Of a stretch of 18,740 bases of DNA, positions 8,765 to 18,740 are shown piece after piece. Position 1 is the first letter of the stretch, and each line of letters opens with the position of its first letter. The position numbers were made by a program, and so were the translations under genes. This DNA comes from Tubiluchus corallicola. Lineage: Eukaryota > Animalia > Priapulida. Location of the stretch: positions 1 through 18,740 of the forward strand of contig JAQGDQ010002492.1 of NCBI GenBank assembly GCA_030141605.1, given 5' to 3'. Under the pieces are notes generated by a model. The model searched no databases and was not told the origin of the DNA. It worked only from the letters and a program-made list of their open reading frames with translations.

Positions 8765-10407
8765 ATGCGGATAAAAAATCTTGTAGCACTATTTACAGCG
8801 ATCTTAAGCACCGCAATTGTTGGGTGTAAGGATGGAGACGGAAACAAAGAAGTTCTTCAAACTCTAGAAAGCGAACAAACAGTCCAGATGGAGGAGATAT
8901 CTGTAGTTGAAAAACCCTCCTACGGCGGGAGTTTGCGCACAGTCATTCTCAATGAACCATTGAATCTTATGCCATATATGACGAGTGATTCAACGTCATC
9001 TGCATTGATGCCGAATATCTACAGCACTTTGGTTGAGCGCGATGATGATCACGTCTCCATAGGCACTCTAGCGTTGGGGCATGTTGTGGATCCGGAAAAC
9101 GCCAGCATTTATATTGAGATAGATGTCTCGGCAAAGTGGCACGACGGGGTCAATGTTTCGTCACAAGATATTTTATATTCTTACGAGTTTGCGGATAAGC
9201 TCCAGCCGGAGATAGTTCGCGATATTGCATCTGCAGAAATTATCGATGACAGCACCATAAGGTTTATCTATCACAACAGATACGAGATGCGCCCGGAAAG
9301 CCTAAACTTCTGGATATTGCCATCCCATCTTTTGAAGGGCAAGACCATACAGAAGTCGCACCTCCAGCGCTATCCGGTAGGTACCGGCCCATTTGTGTTT
9401 AATCGCTGGAACGCAGGTCTTGAGATATCTCCAGCAAATGATGATTATTTTGACGGAAGACCCTACATCGATCAACTATCCTACGATATAGTGTACAGCG
9501 AAAAGGATATACTTTTGAGCATCGCAAAGGATAAAATCGACTTTGTCGAGATAAGTCCATCCCTAGCAGGCGAGATCATAAGTCAACATTCGCCAAACTT
9601 TGATCTACACAGGAAAGATGGAAGCGCTCATACCTTCATAGCTTACAATACAGAGACGTCTATATTCAAAAATAATGACCTGAGGCGTGTCGTAAATGAC
9701 ACCTAGACAGACAGTCGATTGTAGATAAGGCGCTGCACGGCATGGGAAGTTATAATGAGGATATCCACGAAGCATTTGATATTTTGGGTGGCAACGGCGA
9801 TTTTGAAAAAGCTCTCCCCCTAGAGGATAAGCTAGCTATACTGAATACAAACGGTTATGAAAAAGATTCCAATCCATTCGTATTCTTCCTGGGCGTGAAT
9901 AGCGAAAATGAAGAACTTTTGGCGGTAGCCGAAGCCATTAAAGAGGACATGAAAGAGATAGGGGCAATCGTCAAGATTGAGATCATAGACTGGTACTTAT
10001 TGATGAATCATATCAGGGCAAATGATTACGATGCTGTACTCTTCAAGCTAAATTCCCTCTCCTCAAACAACTTTTTTCATATATGGCACTCTGAAAATTG
10101 CCATGAAGTGAATCTTGTGTGTTACAAAAATGGAACGGTAGACAGGTTAATAGAGGGGATAGAGAGCGGTAATGATGCATCTGACAATCTTCAACTTCTA
10201 GCAGAGATCACCCGCAGGGAAGGTCCTTATACATATTTGCACTCTCCTGACATCGTCTATGTTACAAACAGATCCATAGGTGGGGTAACATTTGAAGACG
10301 GCAGCTTCAACTCAAATATACTGGATTGGTACGTCAGAGACGACGTAGAAAATTATGAGAAGAGTTCACAACAGTACAAAACCGACGATGAACAAGATCT
10401 CCATTAG
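8765..10407 (+). CDS. ABC transporter substrate-binding lipoprotein, family 5 (peptide/nickel, OppA/AppA-like), apparent 1-nt frameshift at ~9701-9703
   Basis: Lipobox AIVG|C. Family 5 motifs PSYGGSL, KWHDG, PVGTGPF, YFDGRPYID. Adding one C (ACC CTA) joins the two ORFs as ...LRRVVNDTLDRQSIVDKALHGMG..., matching the A(I/L)DRxxI motif (~547 aa). Confidence 0.85.
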
Positions 10408-10427
10408 TCTTTTAAGCCTATACGGCT

Positions 10428-12623
10428 TTATTTCACAGTAAACGTGCGGCGCCCTATCTCCACGGGCTCCGCGCTATTTTCGCTAATTATTTTTGCTTTT
10501 ACGTCAAATTTCCCTTTTTTTACCTTCCACATGTAATTGTTGTCGCAACTTTTTTTATCCGAAGAGCCGCTAACACTCCAAATTACACAGTTGTCATCAT
10601 CAAGACCGCTGGCTCTGAACTGATAGTACTGTTTATTTCCCGGTATTCTGGGGTCATACGCAAGCATAAGATTGTTTTGGGGCTGCTGGATTCGCGCCTC
10701 TTTATCAGCACCTTCTTCCGCATCAAGAACAACATCGTCAAAATCGGGCACATTCGCAAACCACTCCACCCTATACATGTCGCACCCATTCACCCTTTTC
10801 ATGATCTCATAAGGCTCCAGACATACTCTCTTTTTAATGACGTCTCCTCTCATTTCAAAAGGTTTTGCGTCATCTGAAAGCTTTGCAAAGACCTTTTTCA
10901 ACACAACAAGGGGCCCTTTTGAGCCTGTGAGGTTGTCCGTCTCATATCCATTGAGGTTGCCCATCCATACTCCGACGGTGTATCTTGAGTTGTACCCCAG
11001 TGCCCAAGCATCTTTATGGGCGGAAGATGTGCCGGTCTTCACCGCAGTTTGAACAGCCATATCAAAGCCTTCCACATTCTGAAACTCCAATAATCTGGCA
11101 TTTCTATCCGAAAGGATGTCGCTTATTATGGATGCAGTTTCAGCCTTAAAAGCCCGGTCAACACTCAACAAATGATCTCCATTGAGCATGGGCATATCTT
11201 TTGCGAAGATCAGCGGCTTATACTCTCCGTAGTTGGCCAAAGTACTATATGCCCCCACAAGTTCTACAAGCGAAACCTCTCCATTTCCCAAGGCAATACC
11301 GTCACCGTAATGCCCGGGCTCCTCCACAAAGCCTCTAAAGCCCAGTCGCTTAAAAGCCTCAAACATATTCTCCAAACCCACAAACTGAGCCGCCTTTACA
11401 GCTGGAATATTTAGCGAGCTTCCAAGGGCATTTCTCAAGGTGACCTTGCCATAAAAATTGCCGCTGTAGTTTCTAAAATGATGAGTTCCAAAACCCACAG
11501 CCGTCTCATAGGGTTCATCATTTATCAACGTTGCGCCTGTCCATCCTTTTTCGATAGCCGCAGCGTAAACAAAAGGCTTTAGTGTAGAGCCCGCTTGCCT
11601 GTACGCTTTGACCGCGTCAATATGTGACGAGGGGACCTCATCGCTTCCGTTGCCAGCAACAGCCCAAGCAAGTATCTCACCCGTTGTATGCTCCACCACC
11701 AAGACAGCCCCATTTGTCACATTGTAGCCAGCCAGTGATCCCATACTTGTATCGAGAACAGACTGAACATGCGCCTGAAGCACTCCATCCAGAGTGGTAG
11801 TCAATACGGGCGGGGCATATTCTCCGATATTTTCGTATACATGACGCACAAAGTGCGGCGTAAATACATCCAGCCTGCTGTCCTTTAGCTTTATTTTTGA
11901 AGCCAATATATTGTTCTGCTCGAGCTCTGAAATCACCCCAAGGTCTCTCAATCGAAAAATGAGCTCACTCACCCCTCTGATCAAACGCTCCGTATGCCCA
12001 ATATGCAGATTCATAGTGGAAGGAGCGCGCACCATCACAACGAGAGCCAACATCTCTTTTCTGTTCAGAGTGCTTAAGTCCCTGTCAAAGTAAAACCTTG
12101 TAGCCTGAACAATGCCCCGTCTATTAGTTGCATAGGGGACCTGATTTAGATAAAACTCCAGGATCTCTTCCTTTGAGTATCTCTTCTCCATCCTTCCGGC
12201 TTCTACACCTTCGAGTATTTTGTTCCAGATGTTGCGTTTTCTGGGATAATACATCTTGACCACTTGCTCTGTAATTGTGCTTCCGCCTCTACGTATACCG
12301 TGAAAAATATAGTTGTAAGTCCCGCTGAGCCGAGCGAACCAATCTACGCCGCTGTGAGAATAAAAACGCTTATCTTCAGAAATGATCATCGCTTGAACGA
12401 GAAACTCCGGAATATCATGCAGAGGCACAACATCGCTGTAGTTGAAGCTGTTTGCATAAGTTGTACTCAAGTACAATCCACCCCTATCGGTAATCCGCGG
12501 TTTTACCACACCTACATCGGAAAAATCCGGTACGGGATTTATGGAAACAGTCACAAAAAATATAAACAACAACACAAGAATGGCTACCGCCAAAGACGAT
12601 AGCCATAAGCATTTCCGAACCAT
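10428..12623 (-). CDS. pbpC: Penicillin-binding protein 1C (bifunctional transglycosylase/transpeptidase)
   Basis: Likely ATG at 12623, 7 nt after the A2M stop, followed by an N-terminal TM anchor. GT51 motifs EDKRFYSHSGVD, GGSTITEQVVK, KEEILEFYLN. Transpeptidase motifs STLK (SxxK), SLN (SxN), KTGTS. Directly downstream of A2M, the known yfhM-pbpC arrangement. Confidence 0.9.
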   Translation of the reverse strand: MVRKCLWLSSLAVAILVLLFIFFVTVSINPVPDFSDVGVVKPRITDRGGLYLSTTYANSFNYSDVVPLHDIPEFLVQAMIISEDKRFYSHSGVDWFARLSGTYNYIFHGIRRGGSTITEQVVKMYYPRKRNIWNKILEGVEAGRMEKRYSKEEILEFYLNQVPYATNRRGIVQATRFYFDRDLSTLNRKEMLALVVMVRAPSTMNLHIGHTERLIRGVSELIFRLRDLGVISELEQNNILASKIKLKDSRLDVFTPHFVRHVYENIGEYAPPVLTTTLDGVLQAHVQSVLDTSMGSLAGYNVTNGAVLVVEHTTGEILAWAVAGNGSDEVPSSHIDAVKAYRQAGSTLKPFVYAAAIEKGWTGATLINDEPYETAVGFGTHHFRNYSGNFYGKVTLRNALGSSLNIPAVKAAQFVGLENMFEAFKRLGFRGFVEEPGHYGDGIALGNGEVSLVELVGAYSTLANYGEYKPLIFAKDMPMLNGDHLLSVDRAFKAETASIISDILSDRNARLLEFQNVEGFDMAVQTAVKTGTSSAHKDAWALGYNSRYTVGVWMGNLNGYETDNLTGSKGPLVVLKKVFAKLSDDAKPFEMRGDVIKKRVCLEPYEIMKRVNGCDMYRVEWFANVPDFDDVVLDAEEGADKEARIQQPQNNLMLAYDPRIPGNKQYYQFRASGLDDDNCVIWSVSGSSDKKSCDNNYMWKVKKGKFDVKAKIISENSAEPVEIGRRTFTVK

Positions 12624-12630
12624 TACAGCA

Positions 12631-15600
12631 TTACTCTCCAGCTCCAAGACGTTTAAACAGACCCCGTCCGTGTACATCCGGCTCATACATATCTTCGACA
12701 TAAACCGGAGGCACTATAAACTCACCTTCGGCAATAACCTGGGCAACATAGTTGAGATGGTAGCTTCCCCGGGGCAGTATTTCAGAATAAAACCTCACAG
12801 CATCATGCCGAACCTCTTTGTGATAAAAGCTGCCAAAACGCCAAGGTATCTTTACGTCAACACTTGGGGCATCAAACCCTTTGTAATACCAAGACGTCAG
12901 CGGAAGGGGGATATCAATACTATCCTGCACCGCAGAGGATTCTGTGGCCAAGGAAATGTTCACCGCCTCAAGAATACCGGGAAGCTGATCATCCACAACC
13001 ACATAATATCTGCTACCGCCAACGTATAAGTATATATCAACACGGACAATATCTCCACGCTTCACTAATGCATCATCATCGAGAAGCACCCACTCGTCAT
13101 CTCGCAAAACACTCATCTCTTTGCGTATATCAAAGCCCGCATTTACTCGCTTCTCAAGATCCGCATCCCGGGAGTAGCGCACCCTCATGTTGTAGTACAG
13201 TCGCCCAGGACCGTCCTTGATAAGGTTTACCAAATAGTCTTTGCCAAGCTCAAAAGATGAAATAGACTTATCAAGAACCACCGGCTCGTCATTGTAATGT
13301 CTGAATTTTGCGTCACCCACAGGTACCAACTTTGTTCGACTCTTCTTATCCAGAACGTCCACTTCTACTCTGTATTTCGGCAAATCCTTCTCGTAAGCAA
13401 GAGCATAACTTACGAGAGCATTTGTGCAGTACATGGTTGTTTGGGTGTTCTCCCAATAGCTCTTTACTCCCCTCTCTTTTGCTATATTGTTCAGCATTTT
13501 AAAGGGTATGTCGCCTAAATATTCAGCCCTCTCCTCATCCGTCTTGCCGTATTCTATGAGAGAGATCAAGGCAGCACAATGGCTTCGCAGACCGGAAGAA
13601 TGAATTATTCTATAGCCCACATCCAGTCTGCTATCCTCTATCAGGAAGCGCCCTGCAACTTCATTGGAGGATGACAATATGTTGTCTGCAACCTCAGACG
13701 CAATATCATCGAGCCCCACCTCTAAAACAGCCAAAAGATAATGGGATTTTCCAAAAACGCTCATATTCTCGTAATGGTCATAATACCTAAGCACATCATC
13801 TTTATCCAGAAGGCCTTTTTTTGCCAACGCCGCCAAAGCTACCGCTCTTACGGTGCTCCTCATCCCGATTGAATGACTGTTTGGAAAGTTTTTATCACTT
13901 CTCAGCATGTCGGCCAGGTAGTTGTGCAGCTTAGATTCAACGTCTGTAGGTATCTCCACGGACATATCAGAGAGCCAGCCAAACGCTAAAGCGGTGTAGG
14001 CGCTCAAGTATGGGCTCACATATCTATTTTCCGGTTTATAGTAGGCAAATCCACCATTTGCAGCTTGATAAGAAGACGTTTCTGCAAGGATAGACTCTAT
14101 GGTGTCTGTTGCATTATCCCACTCAAAATCTTGGGATACATACTCTTCGAGCTCACCAAAGCCGGCAGCCGTGACGCTTTTAGATATCTTCTGCTCCCAA
14201 CACGAATAGGGGTACTCCTTCATATACATAAAAGAGTCTTCCAAGCCTACCAAAACGGTGGGAGAGAGTATCACAGAAATACCTCCGGCGTCATGATGAG
14301 CATCCGCGGGAAAGGTTAGCGGCAAACCGGTCTCTTGATGCACAGTTGTACCGTAGTCAGACACCGTGGTCAAAAACTCCAGATGCTTAACGGGCAAATC
14401 AAGAGATAATCCATCGCTATCTTCGCCACTTGAAGCGTACACGTCAAAGCGTATATTGTCCCTGCCGGTCGGAAGATCCGTCAGAATATCTGCAAACACC
14501 ACCTCTTTGGTATAAGGAGCAAGGGTTATCATCTTTGTGACATCGGTAAAACCCTCAATATCAGCTTCTATCTGCACCATTACATCTTTCTCTTCATCTG
14601 TCCTGTTTAATATCGTAAAGCCAGCTTTGAGCTCATCCCCTGCAATCACATGATTTGGCAAGGCGGGCTGTATCTGCAGAGGAAGGTTAGACACAAACTT
14701 CGTCTGCCCCACGCCCATTCTATCCGAACTCGATACAGCAACCACTATTACCCGCCAACCGGTAAGATTCTCCGGCAAATTGAAACTCATTCTATTCTTT
14801 TCGCCGGGCTTCACCACAATAGACTTTTCGTAGTGGCTCAAAGATCTTATATCTTTTCTGGCAGTTATGTCGTCAGTATCCATGGCTCGGGAAGGGAGGA
14901 GCTACTGCGAGGCATCACCGCATCCGCCATATTGCCACCACCGCCTTGGGCTTTCCCCTTTAGCTCAATATTCTGCCTACCGATCAGTATCTCCAGCAAA
15001 GAATACTCTGAAGCAGCATAAGAGCGCCTGAAATTATAAAACCCTCCGTACACGTCATAGTATCCAAAACCACTCCTATTCAGCGCGAGCAGAGCTTCAT
15101 CTATCACGATGACAGACATTTCGATCTCATCTTCGCTCTCTCCGTGTCTTGGAGCGGCTGTGAATTCCAAACTTACCTCTTCTGACGGAAGGTATTGCTC
15201 CTTATCGCTCGATACGTCAACCACGATCTCTTTATAAGGATCATTCACTTCCACACTAACATTACCCACCTTAATGGCAGGTTTCCCCATGTCTACCTCT
15301 CCAAACTCAGGCATCGGAGCATCGACCCTCGGGGAGAATATCGTCGCAGTAAAGTAGAAGCCGGGAATGAAATCCTCCTCCACATCAAATTCGACTATGG
15401 GGATATTGTTGTCGAGCTTCTCAACCCACGCCTTCAGCACTCCATCCCGCTCGACGGTCATGAGCGCGTAACTTCCGGGATATGGGTTCTTTATCATGTA
15501 CCTTGCAGTATCGCCCACATTGTACGACCTTGCTTCGGGTACTATCTCAAGAGAGTTGTCCTCTGTCTCCTTCCAAACGACCACGTCATCGCCCAACACC

Positions 15601-18600
15601 CATAGATGCAGATCGGTAACGTATTTACCCCCCTTTTTGTCAACTACCTCTGCCCTCAACCTGTAAGAGCCAGCCTCCTTAGGGGTAAAGAGATACTTTG
15701 CCCGACCAAGCTCTGTGGTGACAAAACTCAAGTCCTCATCCACGTATTCTGTAACGTATCTAGTGGTATAGGTATTGCCGCTACTCTTCACGCGGCTAGC
15801 CATGACATTCTCCTTCTGGGATGTTATCTTAACTTCCGCCCCGTCCAACACGAGGTCATCCTCCACATCCAGAACGATGACGTCGATCTCTTCACTTTTG
15901 TTGCTCTGATATACCCATCTGTTCTTTCTCAGCCCCACAAACATTTCCACACCGTAATAGGTGCCCGAAGCGTGCGAAGAAATGGATTTGCCGCGATCAT
16001 CTGCCACGCTGTTCTCAATGCTCAATGTGCCGTAGGATATCGGTATATCCTTCAACGGAAGATCCACACTAAACTCCCCATTGTTATCGAGATTTGAGAC
16101 ATCCCTCAGAAGCAGTTTGCCATAACCTTTCATATATTCGCTACTGCCAAATGTATAGTCTCTTGCCGCAGAATTCTTTGAGTAGAATCTGCTCTCTTCC
16201 AAGTTTACAAACGTCTTCACGGGGACATTGGGATAAGGCCCTCCAGAATGCAGCAAAGCGCTCGCCTTCACCGTCAATGTATCATTTGGTAAAAATTTTA
16301 TTCCGTTCGTCTCGGTCTTAACCAGAAACGGCGAGGGGTTAAAATCACTGACCGTGATCTTTAGCGGAGAAGACCTCACATATCGGGTCTCTGCTTTATC
16401 GCTGTAATCACCGGTGATCGGTTTTGTATTCGGCTCCGGAGAGGTAAGCGTAAACCAATATGTACCGGTCACAGCAGATACAGGCAACGTAAACTTGCCT
16501 GTAATGACCCCAAACCTCTCGTCCACCTTGGCATTTAAGTCCTCAAACACCTGCTTACCCAAAGGATCTGTCACGACAACAGAATGTTTCACATCAGAGG
16601 AGGATATATAATCTATACCTTTTTTGTAAGGGGTCAGGCTTACAAAGGTATTCCCTTCAGAGGAGGATATATAATCTATATCTTTGTAAGGGGTCAGGCT
16701 TACGCCGTTATTCCCTCTTATGTAAATTTTGTACTCTACAGTCTCGCCCGGCTTGTACAGCCCTTGGGGAGTGAAGCCCCAAGAGTACGTTGCATCCGGT
16801 GGCCGCGAAAACAATGTTCTGCGCCTCCAATCAAGGGGCACGTAAGCAAGATCTTCCCCTTTGCTCACAAACACAAAGTTTGTCATACCGCCGCGTAAAG
16901 CGCCTATCCAATCAAAATTGTGAAATGTTAAGAGACCATCTTCGTCAGTAACACCCTTGTAGAAGGGATTGGTGTATTCTTCAGCATTCCGGATATCTCT
17001 GAGAACTTCAAAACTTTCTTCCTTACGACCATAAAAAAAGAATACTTCAGCATCTTTCACCGGCAAGCCGGTACTGAGGTCCGTAACCCATACAGAGGCG
17101 TTTACTCCAATCTTAATGTGCACATTGTAGGGGCTGACCTGATATATGTAGTATTGGTCAGAAGGCATGGTATATTTGCCCGGTGCGCGTCCAATTCCTC
17201 GCTGGTATTCGATGTGGTGTCTCATCTTTAAAAGGCCAGACTCACCTTCCAACATCTCTCTTACGGGCAATTTTATAGCTCCGCGTTCGTTATGCTCAAA
17301 ATCTGACAGATCGGCATTTATCGTCCCGGATTGGATCCCTCTTTCAATGGTGAAGCTGTCAAACATTAGACGGAGAGCGTTGACGTTGAGAACCCACGCA
17401 TGAATTTGGCTATCCGCGTTCAATTCCATCACAGCATCGTTATACTGCTTGTGGAAGCTACCTTCGTAATTATCCATTCCGAACGTGTATGAAAAGCTGA
17501 CGGTCGAAGGCAATGAACGATCAAATATGTCAACTATCCGACCATTATTCCTTTCGTCATATGAAATAGTGTAGGTCTTTCCAGCTTCCAAGTCATAAAG
17601 CTGGAGGAGGCTAAAGCTGTAATTTCTGCCTTTGAAAGTGTACGAAGATGGTTCCTGCCAACTGGTACCCGTTTGTGGCACGACTTCGCCGTTGGCGCTC
17701 AAGGTCAGCTTATCTGCAATATCATGAGCAGAGACCGCTGAGTTGAAGCGTAACGAAACATTATAATTAGGCATGCAATACCCCGCAGGCTCGCCAACAT
17801 GGTGATATATGTGTTGTCTCCTTCTCTCGCTCGGCCAATACCCCGCAGGCTTGCGAACATGGCCTTCGACAAAGACCCTTTTACCCAGTATATTCCGGCA
17901 CTCAAACCCTAATAGGTCAAAATTTGGAACCGCCACCGCTGTGAGCTCCACCCTTTTTGTGGTTCCCAGTGGCCCTTCCACATTCCTGATCCCTTTGGGC
18001 AAAATGAGCTTTGCACCGACACCGTCATATTTTGCGACGTCGCCACTGGGATATATGTACCAAGACCTTTTGGATTGATTGTCGATCTCATCGTCACCAC
18101 TGTATTTTGACGTCTCTTCCGCTAAAATCTGGAATCTTGCCCCATCGGGCATCAGTATGTAAGCATTTTCCTCCAGAGAAGATTTTGACACAGGTATGTT
18201 ATATCTCAAGTCGAACCGAAGAGTGTCCCCTTCTGTCATCCATGCATAATGTTCCTTCTCATTTGTGATGCCTGGAGACAAAGCGGGCACCTCTGTACTA
18301 AAGCTGTGCTTCTGCACACCCTTCATCTCTGCCCCGTCAAGACTTGTCATCCCTTCTATCTTGATTGAATAGTTTGTAGCATGGGAAAGGTAGTTGGAAC
18401 TGCCTTTGCAACTAATGGTGGTGTTGTTTATCCGTCGCCATCTACAGTCAACTTGAGGGGAGATATCGATGGGCAATTCCGCCTGGTCATATGACTCCCT
18501 GTCCGTTGCAAATACCGGTTCGCTAAAAGTGATCGTAATTTCCGCCCATTTGTTGACCGAACCCCCGGAAGGCAAGATCCTCTTTACCCCCAACTCACCA

Positions 18601-18692
18601 CTCGAGGCTAAAGCAGACGACATAAAAACAGCAGTAAAGAAAAATGATATAAAAACGGAAAATGACAGCAATCGCCTCACATTGGCATACAT
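12631..18692 (-). CDS. Bacterial alpha-2-macroglobulin (YfhM-like, thioester-containing), ~2020 aa, apparent frameshift at ~14884-14901
   Basis: AAGGAGG then ATG at 18692, followed by a signal peptide ending SALA. Ig-like N-terminal segments, MG-domain motifs (LYKPGETV, YNVGDTA, IDEALL), GGGG bait-like linker, LPENLTGWR, thioester YPYSCWEQ (CWEQ at 14191-14202), ENTQ, and C-terminal VVVDDQLPGILE...EDMYEPDVHGR. The two ORF-track pieces are consecutive halves of one protein. Confidence 0.92.
16594..16716. repeat. In-frame tandem duplication (63 bp + 60 bp) inside A2M
   Basis: Copies 16594-16656 and 16657-16716 share TCAGAGGAGGATATATAATCTATA...TTTGTAAGGGGTCAGGCTTAC...TATTCCCT. Protein reads GNNGVSLTPYKDIDYISSSE / GNTFVSLTPYKKGIDYISSSD. 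Confidence 0.95.
17776..17862. repeat. 27-bp direct repeat pair separated by a unique 33-bp spacer, in frame inside A2M
   Basis: CAATACCCCGCAGGCTCGCCAACATGG (17776-17802) vs CAATACCCCGCAGGCTTGCGAACATGG (17836-17862), 25/27 identical, period 60. Protein reads HVRKPAGYW-PSERRRQHIYH-HVGEPAGYC. Confidence 0.9.
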
Positions 18693-18740
18693 AAAGACCT
18701 CCTTTTGAAAATACACAAAACGGTGATTAGCAACAGGAAC

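Noticed and set aside
8755-8770. tRNA-Leu that often follows secG
   Set aside because: Only 2 nt separate secG from the next CDS, and no tRNA-like sequence was seen.
646-9706. Stop-codon readthrough or recoding (Sec, Pyl, alternative code) at the premature stops
   Set aside because: In each case the conserved continuation is in a different frame, and the premature stops are a mixture of TGA, TAA and TAG.
10414-10428. Terminator hairpin AAGCC-TATAC-GGCTT between the convergent substrate-binding protein and pbpC genes
   Set aside because: The 5-bp stem is too weak to call, although the position is suggestive.
12624-12701. ORF-track N-terminal extension of PbpC (and upstream starts at 1620 for rlpA and 18716 for A2M)
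   Set aside because: The pbpC extension overlaps the A2M C-terminus. Downstream starts at 12623, 1605 and 18692 fit the RBS and signal or anchor sequences better.
646-14901. Phase variation by simple-sequence repeats at the frameshift sites
   Set aside because: The runs are only 2-4 nt long, far shorter than typical contingency tracts. The longer A-runs (~1656-1664, 5342-5349) are intergenic.
17776-17862. Functional CRISPR array
   Set aside because: Only two repeats, no leader, no cas genes in the window, and it lies in frame within a long conserved CDS. Kept only as a repeat and a hypothesis.
16594-17862. Diversity-generating retroelement template/variable repeat pair
   Set aside because: No reverse transcriptase in the window, the repeats are short and adjacent, and the mismatches are not confined to adenines.
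195-18708. Numerous short antisense or overlapping ORFs (e.g. 871..1281, 7232..7693, 12541..13029, 15606..16097)
   Set aside because: They are shadows of well-supported genes on the opposite strand or in another frame, with no recognisable motifs.

Overview
Bacterial chromosomal window from a diderm, LPS-making organism (the gene mix is reminiscent of Deferribacterota or deltaproteobacteria-like lineages; this is inference only). Left to right: the 3' end of a GT9 heptosyltransferase (+); a minus-strand unit pepA -> STT3/PglB-type oligosaccharyltransferase (OST) -> rlpA; a divergent plus-strand run parA-parB-bactofilin-tpiA-secG-family 5 ABC substrate-binding lipoprotein; and a convergent minus-strand pair, thioester alpha-2-macroglobulin (A2M) -> pbpC. 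Reading across frames, five genes are broken by six small indels (rlpA, OST, pepA x2, substrate-binding protein, A2M), so the ORF track splits or truncates them. Every one can be restored to a normal full-length protein, which most likely points to long-read or assembly error. The most notable items are two separate ~60-nt in-frame duplications inside the A2M gene (one a 27-bp repeat / 33-bp unique spacer / 27-bp repeat with CRISPR-acquisition-like geometry) and an orphan OST that appears to lack the Arg that enforces the bacterial D/E-x-N-x-S/T sequon. I found no RNA gene, mobile element or true CRISPR array, and no clearly new multi-gene system.
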